Below, piece after piece: positions 23,701-35,825 of a stretch of 64,000 nucleotides of DNA; the first letter of the stretch is position 1, and each line of letters opens with the position of its first letter. Source of the stretch: Kondoa subrosea (Eukaryota); assembly GCA_039545335.1 (NCBI GenBank), contig BCIN01000003.1, positions 496,001-560,000 on the forward strand, in the 5' to 3' direction. The notes below the pieces were generated by a model. It was not told the DNA's origin and ran no database searches. It worked only from the letters and a program-made list of their open reading frames with translations. A program made the position numbers and the translations under genes.

Positions 23701-26700
23701 GAAGTTTTTGACTGTACCGATCGGTACGTTCTGACCCATAGTGAGCTGATTGTATTGCTGAGCTTGCTGTTTCCGCCGGAAGATCGCTTGTACTTTGACA
23801 ACCTTTTCCATATGATTGTGGTAGTGTTGCAACATTTGCCAGAATCTCATTCGAGCGAGATGTCCGCGCATGAGCGATTGAACAAAGGTTGCAGCGCCGT
23901 GATTGCTCTTCAGATGATGCAGCCAGGCATAGTAGTAATCTCGCGCAAGTATACCACGAATTTGAGCTTGAACACCAGCAACATCAGGTGAGACATAGTT
24001 CAGCTCCTTGTTTTGATGCCTGAGCTTCTGTCGAACCAAAGCTGCTCTGGCCAGACTTTGCACGCTTGCAACAGATTGCGCTGTTCTGACGTTGTCAAGT
24101 TGAACACGGATTCGTGCTGCATCTCTTCTTGCTATCAATCCTCGAACAGCGGCTTGGAAGCCAGTGACTTGAGGTGCTGTAGCTTGAACCTCTTGAATTT
24201 CCCTTCTAGCTAGAACACCTCGAGCTGCTGCTTGTAGACCGACAACCTGAGGAGAAATGGAACGTAGAGATTGGATGCGCTGCAGTAGAGATCTTTCCGC
24301 AAGCAGTCTTCTTGCCGCTGTTTGTACTTGTGTGATATTTGACGAAGCTGTTTGGAAGCTGCCAGTAAGCTGTTGATGTGATCGCCTGATTAATGCACCG
24401 CGCAGTCGAGCTTGGAAGTCGGTCATAGAATGGTCATGCTGATCAAGTGCTTTGATCGACTTCCAGAATGTCCTTCTCAAAAGAACACCTCGAGCAGCAG
24501 CTTGGATAGCGATTGTCGTCTTCGTTTGACGACGAAGCTGCTGTTGTAAAAGGTAGTACTCGTTCCGTACCGCAGCGCCTCGAGCATGAGCTTGAAAGCC
24601 AGGTAGGATGCGATGAGCTGTCCGTCTCGAATTTCGCCCCGCCTGTACTTGTTGCCGAGCCAATGACGCCAGACAAACAGCCTGCAGCTTGGTTGCCCAA
24701 GTATTGATCTTGCGATGAAGAGTGCGAGCTTGTCTGAAGCGTTGACGGGCTAAATAACCACGAGCTCGAGCAAGGAAAGCGCTTAGTTCTTCTTCCATCT
24801 CTCCTAGTAGTCTATAGAGACGTTCATCTTCTGTCTCTGGTTCAGGTTCTGGCTCTGGTTCCAGTTTGAGGTCTTTCGCTAAGCCTTTGAAATTGGGCAT
24901 AACGAGATGATCGATGCCTCGTTTGGTTGCGTCCAGCTGATCAGCAGAGAACTCGAGATTGTCGATTCTCTTCATTCGTTGAGCTTGACCTTGAGCGACA
25001 AGGAAAGCGCTGCAAGGAGCACGAAAACATTTAGCTGTAAGTCCAGCTTAGCGAAGTCTCGCTCCTCACTTTAAGGCATGTATGCAGTAGATGACCTTCG
25101 GCATATTGTTCGCATCGTAAAGGTCAGTAGTTTCGAAGATATAAGTCTATGCAGAAAGATCAGTTATGCTCTCGAAAGCTGGACAGCCTTACTTCAGGTA
25201 AATGTCGTTTTCTGATGAAAGTGAAGAAGTAATTAATGTTGTCGGTATGATGCCAGCTCAGTTTCGGGTGCTACAAAAGACATTTTAGCTGTACTCCTTC
25301 TCTTTAGTATCCACTAACGGTATAAATTCTTGGTACTGCTTTCCTTCCATCAAAGACTCTAGCAAGCTTAGCCAACGCTACACCATTCCTCAACGCTTGC
25401 TCAAAATGGGTCACACCGCTCGATGTAACGTTGGCTTCTGGTGCGTTCTCATCGTAATCTGGATCTCTTCTCAATTCTCGATCTAGCCAAGCTTGAGCTC
25501 TGTGAGGCACTCCAAACATCAGCATTCTATCATTGTACTGGAGTTCGTGCCAGCTTACTCTGCTACGTGACTTAAATACTCAAAAGCAGCAACGTGATGT
25601 CGACTTATATCCATAGCTCGAGCAGAATTTGACGGCAGGACCATACCAGAACTTGAGATGGTCGGCTTCCTCGATAATACGACTCTTCCATTTCCTGTCA
25701 AAGCAAAAGATCAAATCAATATGAGATTGAGGTGATCACTTCTTAACTGACGATGGGTTTGGATATCCCCTGTTGCTGATCCAGGCATATGTCTTTCCCT
25801 CTGAGCATCCAAATCAGGTGAATGAAAAAACCCTCTAGGACTGTCAGGCGGTGAAAGAGCCATAGCCAAATCTGATCTGATTCTAGGACTCTTGTAAGGT
25901 GAAGAAGGAGTGGAAGAAGGTGAGTAAGGTTGACGTTGATATGGTTCTTCTGCTTCTTCTTGATCATAATGCTCTGAGAGGCGGTCGAGGCCATGTCTTG
26001 TACCATGGCCATTTATAGTCCTTTCAAGGTTAAGTGGAAGACCTAAGACACTAGATACAGAAGTGGTAGAGCGAGCGCTGATATCTAGATTGGGTACCGA
26101 ACGAGTATGCCTATGTGAGCGGTTGCTAGCTGAGACGACAGATGAAAAGCCATTGATGAAAGAGTCAGAACATTGCAGTCCTGTGCTAGCAGTCGGTGTC
26201 GAGTAATCTGGCCTGCTGATGGATGCAGAAATTGATGAAGGATGTATCGGGGTTGCAGAGTATTTGGCTGGAGTGGAATAGGATTGCTTGAAGTCTGGTC
26301 TTGGTGGTGATTTAGTTGCTGGCTCTGGCGCTTCTTTCGCTGCATAGGATCGTGCAAAGCGACTTTCCCGCACAGATGGAGTTGTTGGTGCTGAAGCTGT
26401 TGAATAGGAGGAAACGGGATTAGACAGGCTTGCTAGAGGTAGGCGTTCGCTTCTTTCGAAGCTTGTCGTTCGTGAGACTCGTGAATCTGGTTCGTTTGAT
26501 AGTTCGTTACGGAATGAAGAGGTAGAAGAATAGCCCGAAGCGCTTGTTGGACGGTAAGAAGCTGCTGAAGGGAAACTACTGTAATTCGGCTTTGGATCAC
26601 CAAAGAGATTTGCGCTTGCTGATACTGTTGATTTATGCCCTCTAGTCCATGTTGGCTTACTTGCAGTAGTAGAACTTTGGTAAGAGAAGCTGTCCCTTAT

Positions 26701-26925
26701 TGATGCAACAGAGTTCGACCTTCCCAGTGAAGTGACCGAAGAGGACCGTTCCAGCATTTTCGCCTGTCTATCCAGCACACTCTGACCGCCTCCAAGTCTA
26801 CTGCTGTAATCATAGCTACTCTTGCTGTCTGGGTAAGCATAATCTGGATTAGGTGTGCGAGGCGGACTTGAATCGTTTGAGTTGACAGAGGAACTGCGAC
26901 CCAGCAGTGGTGTTGAAGCGTACAT
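20740..26925 (-). CDS. IQG1: IQGAP (CH domain, IQ repeats, RasGAP-related domain, RasGAP_C)
   Basis: AFEYLSHVAE, FEQALRNGVALAKLA, multiple IQ-like repeats (LQAAARG), LDTKIALLVKNKITLDEV, MPFGIRWIA, DNFQGMLNAIAKDIR, C-terminal NLLLFLINKKF. Confidence 0.95.
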
Positions 26926-27222
26926 GTCTTGATGAGATTACTCAGAACGAGGCTGAGCAGAACATAGGCTTCCTTCTTTCGTGACGAAAACTCCAAAGTG
27001 TTTGAAAGCGCAAACAGGAGTTCGATAATGGCTCGGACCCTGTTGTCCTGCAAGCGGGCGAATGATATCGCAGGCTGGGTATAATGCAAGAGCCCTGATA
27101 TACTGCGTGAGCTGCGTCACTTCGTTTGACTGGTCGTATCGGAAAAATCATAATAAACAGATTCGGAAAGCGCGACAATTGTCTCTAAGAGTTCTCTAGG
27201 CATGAATAGTCGTACACCGCGA

Positions 27223-29991
27223 TTACTTGTCCTTCTGCGTTTCCTTCTCACTCGTAGTTTCAATCGCAGCTCTACCTCCTGCTGTATCTTTGACATCCGA
27301 TTTGCCGCCAAGTGCCGCAACTTGACCGTATTCCTGTTGTACAAATTAGTACAGCATGTATACGGTGACTGTAGACTGACATTGGCTCTTGTTGGGTCGA
27401 CTCGGTAAATCCAGTATTGATAAAGTCTGTCCGGAACATCAATGACCATATCGACAAGCAGAACTCGAGCGCGGCTTACAGCACAAGGAATACCACATCG
27501 TCTCTAAAGCATGCAAGTCGATGTAGCCATGGCATCTACGAAAACACATCAGGAAAGATGACTGATTTCGTCAAACAGGATCTACCTTGATGCAGCTGTA
27601 AGTGGTCATGCAAAACTTTAAGGGACATTTCCCAAAGCATCGCCATCACTCACAAGGAAAAGAAGTCATCCACGACGGTACTAAGTATTACGCTTTAATG
27701 TGATCGCAGCAAATCAGAAGAGAACTCACGTGAGAGTCTTGTAGATCAGACTTTTCATTGGTAGATGAGCGACGCTCTTAAGCTTATAGTTGATGATTAC
27801 TGTAGAGCAAGAAGGTCAAGAAACGCTCGATGCGAGGTCTGACTGGCAGCCTACATTGCGGAATCTGTACATATCAATCCGGGTCAGATTATTAGAGCAG
27901 CTGGCGAAGCGTCCTACTAACCAATTGCACGAAGCCAAACCTAGCGCTCGCTCAGATCAGGCAAGCATACAAGTTTCCGAGCTTGACTTACATGTATACA
28001 AAGCTACAGGAAAAATCAGCCTAATGTCACGAGCGAATATCTCAAGCTTACGATGTCAGAGTTGAAATTACGAAGCTGTACCAGCCGCGATGCGTCTCGT
28101 CTGCACTCAAATTCAGCCAAGGGATTGAGGGTTCAAGCGGATTCCTCACAAATTAAACTATAGATAGTATAGCCGACCAAAAGCGGTACAGTGCCATAAG
28201 AGACCAAACGGAAAGCGACTTTATCGTACTCCTGCGTTTGCTTCTCTTCTTCACTCAAAACATGTTTGTCATGGAATTCAATTTTATAAGGCAGTAATCC
28301 GGTTGTAGCAGGAAGTAATTTGATATCGACTGCTTTAGTGATTTTCCAACCTTCGATAAGCAGACCCATTCCTTGGGAAAAGAGAATCATCCAAGAGGTG
28401 TTTTCGTTATTGTCCATCAAGTAAAGGAGGATGACAAGTTGGACGAAACAGTTAGTGATGATAGTTCGGACGCTGACTGTCAGTGCACTATTCATCGAAA
28501 ACCGCGTAGCGTGGTTTGATGAACGTCACTGACCTCCGACCATCTCTTTCTTCTGCCGCCAATGTGATACATCACTACTGAAAGCGAGGACTACATCGTT
28601 GCGTCAGTACATCGTCTGATTCGCTAAAACTCGGCGCTCACATTCAAAGACCATATGCAGAATGGTGACGACAACAGTAGTGATCAAGAGGTAAATATTC
28701 GTTTCGGTCAGCATGCGCTTGATCTCGTCCATTTCACCACCACCTCCAGCAGCACCATTCTTCGCTGCTTCCTTGAAAGAATGGTCCATAGTAGTGAAAA
28801 TGGAGAATTTGTTGTTGCTCATAGAACGGAAATTGATTCTCAATGGTAGTTCCCTAATTTCATATGATTTGTCACCACAAGAGAAGAAGATGCAGGACGA
28901 AAGACTTACTTGACAGTCTCATTGATCGGGTTCATGTGCTCTTTCAACATCCAGAACTCGTGCGCAAATAGACAAGGATAGTACTGCATGCGATTTGGCA
29001 TTCCTTCCACACGATCGGGAGCAAAGGTGATATCTACTTTTGTCATCAGCTGCTGCTACAGCAGGCAGTCCTTCACTAACGCTGCAACACTGGAGGAGTC
29101 ATAGCATCCACTTGAAGAACCAATTCGGGATCGTTGGTGATAGCTAGAGTCAAGTTCGGAGCATAGTATGAGATAATCGGCGGGTCCTTCTCTTCCACTT
29201 CGGGTTCCGATTCGGTCTCGTTGGATGCTGCTAAGAGACTTTTCACAGCGCGAATCTTCTTCTGAGGCATATAGCGTGATAGCACTACGCTACTCTCAGT
29301 CACTTCGCTGAAGATAGCCGAGAGACGCACATTTCCGCTTATGCAGTATCTCCTTTGGGTTGAAGTTTGGCTCGATATTGGCTCCGTTTCGAGCTAAGAA
29401 CATGTCCAGCCATAGAGAACCATTATTTTGTACGCTCTGTACAATTTGTCATTGGTTCTCAAATGCACATCGCAAATGGAACCATCAAACGTACAGCTGG
29501 AACGGCAAATGATGTTTCCCAGGTCTGCTCAGGCCATTTCCAATCTCCATACTTGACAGACTCGAAAGTATGATACGGTAGATCTTTATTGTAGAAAACA
29601 GCAGCTGGATTCTCAGAGGTAGAAAGATACACGCTCAAAGTAAGATCTGATTGAGCTGGCCACAAAGCGACAGCCTCTCTTTTGGTCTGAGCCACTTGTG
29701 AAGGTACTGGAACCGCTTTGCTTGTATCCACTCCACTAGATGGACCAGGAGCTTGCTTGAGATATTTCGCAAAGGGTGAGCTTGCTCCAGTCAAGAAACT
29801 GCTGAAGGTAGTGACAGCCAAGTAGATAGCACCATAGCGTAGGATTGTCTACGAGCGGCATTTCAGCAAGAGCTCGCTACGTGTCTGCCATGAATTCGAT
29901 TCACCCTGACAATTCCAAAGACTCCTTCATCTTCTTTAGCTTGAGCAGCGTTGACCGCAGCCTGAGCCTGCGGATTCACCCTTGGAGGCAT
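27223..29991 (-). CDS. CLPTM1-family membrane protein (lipid scramblase-like)
   Basis: MDEIKRMLTETNIYLL, LAFSSDVSHWRQK, SVRTIITNCFVQLVILLYLMDN, IEGWKITKAV, MPWLHRLACFRDDV, YQYWIYRVDPTRAN. Confidence 0.93.
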
Positions 29992-30122
29992 TTGTTAATG
30001 AGAGGAGCAGATCAAGTCTTCACGATGACATCGCTGTGCGGAAGTAAAGAAGAGGACTTCGCGAATGTGCCGCGAGTTGTTATATTCGGACATTGAGGGA
30101 GAACCCTTCTTATTCTCATACA

Positions 30123-31754
30123 ATGACCTCAAAAGGAGAAGAGAAGCTGTCTCCTGCAGCGAGGAGAACGGTTCTGGTCGTCTTTCTCTGTCTTGTGCTC
30201 GATCTGTTAGCCTTTACGTTGATCTTGCCTCTTTTCCCTCGGCTGGTTTTGCACTATGTCGAGCAAGAGAACGGCACCGGAACGTCTCTTCTTCGTTATC
30301 TTCTATCTGCTTCGAGCGAGTTTCGTAAGCGAATGCAAGCACTAGGTGGAAGACAAGGTAGCAAGTCCAAGGCCGATACTGTTCTGCTCGGGGGACTGTT
30401 AGGGAGTGTGTTTTCTCTGATGCAGCATGCTGTTGTGAGTCGCCATCCATGACCAGCTTCATCGCGAAACTGAAGAATTCTGTCTTAGTCACCTTTTATC
30501 GGTGGATTATCAGATAGATATGGCCGCAAACCTGTTCTGCTAGTTTCGATGCTGGGAAACATCCTATCTGCGGTAGTTTGGCTGTTCTCTGCCGACTTTG
30601 GTACTTTCCTGGTATCTCGATTGATTTCTGGCTTGAGTGAGGGGAATGTACAGCTTTCAATAGCTATGCTCTCGGATGTCACTACGTATGTGATGGTGAC
30701 TTATACCAGTACCACGACTGATACTATGTGTATAGCGAAAAGACTAGAGGTAGTGCACTCATGCTAGTCGGCTTAGCTTTCTCTTTATGCTTCACATTCG
30801 GCGTGAGTACTCGTACCCTCCGTTCGACTTTCGCTCTGACGGTCATTTCAGCCAGTAATTGGCGCCTACTTTGCATCTCGACCTCTTACAGCCTCTTCGT
30901 CTGCTTCATTAAACATATACGCAACTCCCGCTCTCCTTACAATCGGCTTATTAATTCTCGAATCACTTCTCCTCTTGATCTTCCTACCGGAAACCCGGCA
31001 AGTCTCCTCAACAGCTATTGAACCTCAGAAGGAAGAGAAGAAAGATTTACAAAGATTGCAACAGCTCAAATACCTACACGCAACTTTCTTACTCATCTTC
31101 TCCGGAGCTGAATTCACACTATCTTTCGCTACGTTTGATTTACTCGATTACACCAATCTACAAAATGGGAAACTACTTGGTTCAGTTGGATTATTGTCTG
31201 CTCTATTGCAAGGTGGTTATGTGAGAAGGATAGCTAATCAAGAAGGTGGGAGTAGGAACTTGATTAGGAATGGTTTGATGGCTTGTTGTGTTGCTTTAAG
31301 CTGTTTGGCGATTTTACCATTCGAGAAAGTGACGAGGAACCCAATTTGGTTGTTGATGGTCTTGAGCGCAAGTTTGGCGTACACTTCAGCTTCGGTGGTC
31401 AATTCTTTGAATGCAGAAGCGAGCAAGGCTTGTGCTGAAGTCACTAGAGGAAGGGAGATGGGAAAATTCAGGTCTGCTGGTCAGGTGAGTGGACTGTTGG
31501 ATGATCACGTTCGATGTGTTCATGTCAAATTGTCCGCTTACAGCTTGGACGAGCAGTGAGCCAGATCTCTGAAGGGTCGGATTGTCCACTTACGTGCTTG
31601 CCAGATTGGACCAATTCTCGCTGCTTCACTATATTATTCATTAGGTCCAACTTCAGTCTATCTACTTATGTTAATAGCAATGCTGTCGATCCTCACCGCC
31701 GCATCAAGATCAGGAATGTTCAAAGCATCCAAGGCATTGCAAAAGACAGAATAA
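30123..31754 (+). CDS. MFS transporter, tetracycline-efflux/MFSD10-like
   Basis: LVLDLLAFTLILPLFP, LLGGLLGSVFS, GLSDRYGRKPVLL, LSEGNVQLSIAMLSDV, GKFRSAGQLGRA. Confidence 0.9.
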
Positions 31755-31868
31755 CTGTGGTATATTTGTAATGCGATAGAATGGACCATGTATTGTACAA
31801 CTAAGTCTATATAAATGTCCTTATCGTTTCCCTCCCTATCCGACGTAAGCTTCGCCCCATTACCCAAT

Positions 31869-32578
31869 TTAAGCAGCAGAATACAACAGTACTGTTATTT
31901 TTCTGTTACTCAGCCTATTCATCTACCTATCCCAGGGACTGGTTCACGAACCTTGCGTATTCCCAGATGCTCGGTGATAAACAGCCAAAGGAGTATTACA
32001 AGCAGAACATCGATGTTCTGTATCTTTCTACCAACGAGAAAAGGGAGAAGTAAGAAGTAAGCGGACTGCTACTGCAGAGAGTTGTAGAACATACACAAGA
32101 CGATATGCAATACGGAATGCAGCACAGTAGAGTCACGAAACATAATCCCAATGCCCAACTATTCTCACAAATCAGCCTTGTGTTTGGATACCTGCACAGC
32201 AGGAAAAGACTCACATATGTGTAATATTACCTGTCTTTGGTTCTGTTTTGGTGATTTGAACAGCATGACATCTAGGACAAGTGACTTGTGCCGGACTATT
32301 AGAATCATCAGATCTTTCGACCCAAGAGAGAGAAAAGAGGAAGAAGAAGAAACTTACTATCCTTGTAAGGCTTGTAGATTGCTTTGGATAGGTTGTTGAT
32401 ATGTCTGAGGAGGAGGTGGATAATGCTGCTGCTGTTGCTGAGGAGGAGCAGGATACTGTTGCTGAGCTTGTACAGGAGCAGGATTGGCTTGAACAGGCTG
32501 AACAGGCTGTTGATAGACTTGCTGGGAAGTACTAGCTCCTGCTTGATTCTCGTATGCAGGTGGTTGCGAGCCCTTCAT
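31869..32578 (-). CDS. LITAF-domain zinc-ribbon protein
   Basis: Pro/Gln-rich N-terminus with PPAY, then spliced PAQVTCPRCH..hydrophobic WALGLCFVTLLCCIPYC..KDTEHRCSACN. Confidence 0.88.
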
Positions 32579-32783
32579 TTTCTGACTTGGATAGCAGGAA
32601 ACAAGTGAAAGTAAAGCGACAGAGACGAGACGGATATAGGACAGAAGCAAGACTCTTGAATACACGAGCTGTCAGGCTATTTGGGATGAATATGGCTTCG
32701 GTCAAGGCAGTGTGCTCCAAATCAAGGCCAACAGTTTGCGGAAAAGGAGGAGGTTGACCTCGAAGAGCCAAGTCTCAAGCCAA

Positions 32784-33406
32784 ATGTCAATTCAACCTTT
32801 CACACAAGCGCACAAGACGCACATCCAGCGCTTGTATCGACATGCTTTGAAATCATCGCTGGACTGGAACATTAGGCGAGAGTAAGTGAATCTTCGACAC
32901 AACACAAGTGCATGCGCTTACATACGGGCACAGTCTCTGGAGAACGAGGTGGGTTGACGATCAAGGAGTACGCTATGTACTTGTCTGATATAGTCTCTGC
33001 TCCACAGGGCTATTGAAATGAGAGTACAATTCGAGTCGAACAGAAATGTGAAGGATCCAAGAGCTTTGGCTACCCTACTGGCAGATGCTCAGCAGCAAGT
33101 GCAGGCCAGGTCACATCCTGATCCTTACAGACGTGAGTTGAGCGTTAAGATTTAGCTATGATAGCTCATTCTGATGTTGTTCACAGCACCACTATTCCCG
33201 GATGGCACGAAATGGTATGTCTGTATCCCTCAGCCTTCTAGACTCTGCTAACAGCTCGAAAAGGGAACGAAATATTCCTGTGCGCATTTTCAATCGTGAG
33301 GCATTCTTATATCTTACCTTCTCCCTCGCAGCCGAGAATGTTTTCAGCTTCAGAACGACAAGAAGCGCTGGACGAATTGCGGGCGAACAAGCTAGCATAC
33401 TGCTGA
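32784..33406 (+). CDS. NDUFB9: NADH:ubiquinone oxidoreductase B22 subunit (LYR family)
   Basis: Spliced MSIQPFTQAHKTHIQRLYRHALKSSLDW..LWR..AIEMRVQFESNRNVKDPR..HPDPYR-PPLFPDGTKW-ERNIP. Confidence 0.9.
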
Positions 33407-33680
33407 TCGAAGTTGATGGGAGGTGTAATTTGTACATAAAAGTACTTTTAGGCGGAGGAATGCATTTTCTGCCATTTGCGTTCTCGCTTCAGGCTTCATG
33501 GATCCACGCATATTAGATCAATCACAGCATTGCTTTCAAACATCAAATGGGGATTTAGATTTCTCATTTCTATTGCGTGTGTACGATGTTATTGGAGCAA
33601 GGAGATTAAAGGTCCATTCCCTACTTTCTAAGTACTACCGCTTCTATTTCGCCATTATGGCGATGGATTCATTTGTCGCT

Positions 33681-35025
33681 TTACAAGAGAACGGCATCGA
33701 GGTAGTGAACGACACCGTTTGAAGCTTGATAATCAGTAGCGACTATTTGAGCAGTTGCTTCACCAACGGAAACGAAGATGCCGGTATCCTATTCAATGCA
33801 ATCCTGTTCAGCTGACTTCCCACTCAAGAAACACAGAGATAGCTTGCGTTAATCATGAACATCATTTGATTACCTGCAAGGGTAGGTAAAGAAAGACCAG
33901 TGGTGATATTGGTTCTGAACTAATACTATCAGAGAACTGATCTCGAACACTGGTAATACAGATGCTCACGAGTAGTAATTGCCTTGTAAAACGTGTTCTT
34001 GAATAATAGGCGCAAGTTTATCAGCAGGAGTGCTAGTTATCGTAGCGGCTTGAGAAGAAACAGCGGCATTATTTGGAGCAAAGATTGTGATCCCTTCACT
34101 TGTTGTAAGGGGTTTGGGCTACCTCAGGTAGAAGAGATTGAACAGCGCTGATCAGAGCATCACCGCCATTTGCTGCAACGGTGGTTGGTACATCTTCAGG
34201 AAGAGCTAAATAAGGCAACATGGAGGACATTGAGGGATGATCAAGGATGGTTAAGAGAAATGGACTCACAAAGAACGCCGTCGATGAACTTGACCAGAAT
34301 GTTCTCATAAGTCGCATTGCCAACGACGTTGATATGTTGACCAACGAGTTCGGTGGTACCATGAGCGTTCTTGACAAATGCGAGAGGTAGAGTGGAGTAG
34401 CTTTCACCTTCAACCGAACAAGTCAGGAATGTACAACTAAAAGCGATCTTGAAAAGCAAGCACTTACCAAACTGAGCAGCTGGACTCAAAGTAGTCGCAA
34501 CCTCTGTCATGCCAACCACGAGATCTTCCACAGGATACAAACCAGCGGCGATGTGGTATTGCAAAATAGAAGTAAGAAGGGTTTGATTACCAGTAACGGA
34601 TGCGCTAGTCGATGATCAGACATCAGCGAAGGTCTTGATAACGGAATTATCAGCAGCACATACGGGACTTGAGCTAGATACTCATTTCCTGGAGCAAAGA
34701 TGGTCCATTCGCCAGATTGTAGAGTTGGCACAAGCTGAGCGGCCAGAGGTTCGAGAAGGTCCGCCAACTATTATAATGAAAGACATCAGTGACTTGATAC
34801 AAAGAACACGTTGTATAAGCTACTCACAGTGGTAGCGTGATTAGCGCGAAGAGCTGTCAGTAAACCAGTGCCGAAGTCGGTTGAAGTTACTGGTCCAGAA
34901 GCGACAGCACTTGGAGCAGATGATGTCGTGGAAAGAGTAGCGATAGGTGAGGTGACGTCTTGACGCTTTAGAATTGGCGAGGCGCTACCAATAGCCGCGA
35001 ACAGAGTGAGAGCAATGACTTTCAT
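33681..35025 (-). CDS. Secreted fasciclin (FAS1) two-domain protein
   Basis: Signal peptide MKVIALTLFAAIGSA and KR site; WTIFAPGNE, LQYHI, FIDGVL, ITIFAPNNAA, ASNGVVHYLDAVL. Confidence 0.88.
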
Positions 35026-35825
35026 ACTGGAAATGGAGGGTTGGGAAGTGACTATAGTTGCAGTGAAGAGTGAGAAGAAGAGTAAGACGCAGAAAGAAGT
35101 CTAACAAAGCAGCGTAATCGGCCGGGTGAGTGTACAGTCACAGTACAGTTAGCAAACAAGTCTTGGCTAGACGCACAGCACCGGGTTCATCGTGTACATG
35201 AGAGTGTCCTTCCAATAGGCCGGCTTAGCACTGGCCAAGAGGTAAGGTCATCACGCAACATTGCGGTGAGCGCGAAAAACACGTTTGCACAACGATTGGC
35301 AGTATTAGCAAAGATCAAGAGCAGACAAGGGGATGTTAGTAAGAGTAGGAGAAGAGAGAAGTATTAGCGAGACGCTGTTGTGAAAAAGAGCTACGGATAT
35401 GGCACTCATGCATCGTAGGCACTTTGGAGAAGATCTGGCAAACGATCTCGTTTCATCGCGGTCTTGACGTCCGACCTCGCAGCATTGAGCAGATGACTGA
35501 TGAGACTGCCGTATGCGAATAGCAATGAAGTGCCAAAACCTGATAACTATTCAGGCTGTGTCGAAGCTTTGGGAATCAGGATCCAGCATCGCTTTGATGA
35601 TCTTCTGCTCTGCCTCGCCCTGATGTGATAGCTATGGTCCTTAAGAAGCTTTGAACTGTTTAGCACGCAATCCGCCGAGCGGGCGATAAAATCTCGCTCT
35701 CTTATTCTGCAACCGTAATCTCTCGAACGTGTCAGTTTTCCTTTGCACACATCAAGAGACCCAGCTCTTCTGAGCCTTGTCTTATAAACAGCCTCAAACG
35801 CACCTTCGATCGAGTCTTTCCCAAA

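Noticed and set aside
35495..35525. CTGATGAG in the fasciclin/SAM1 intergenic region as a hammerhead or C/D box
   Set aside because: No matching GAAA, stems or convincing terminal stem.
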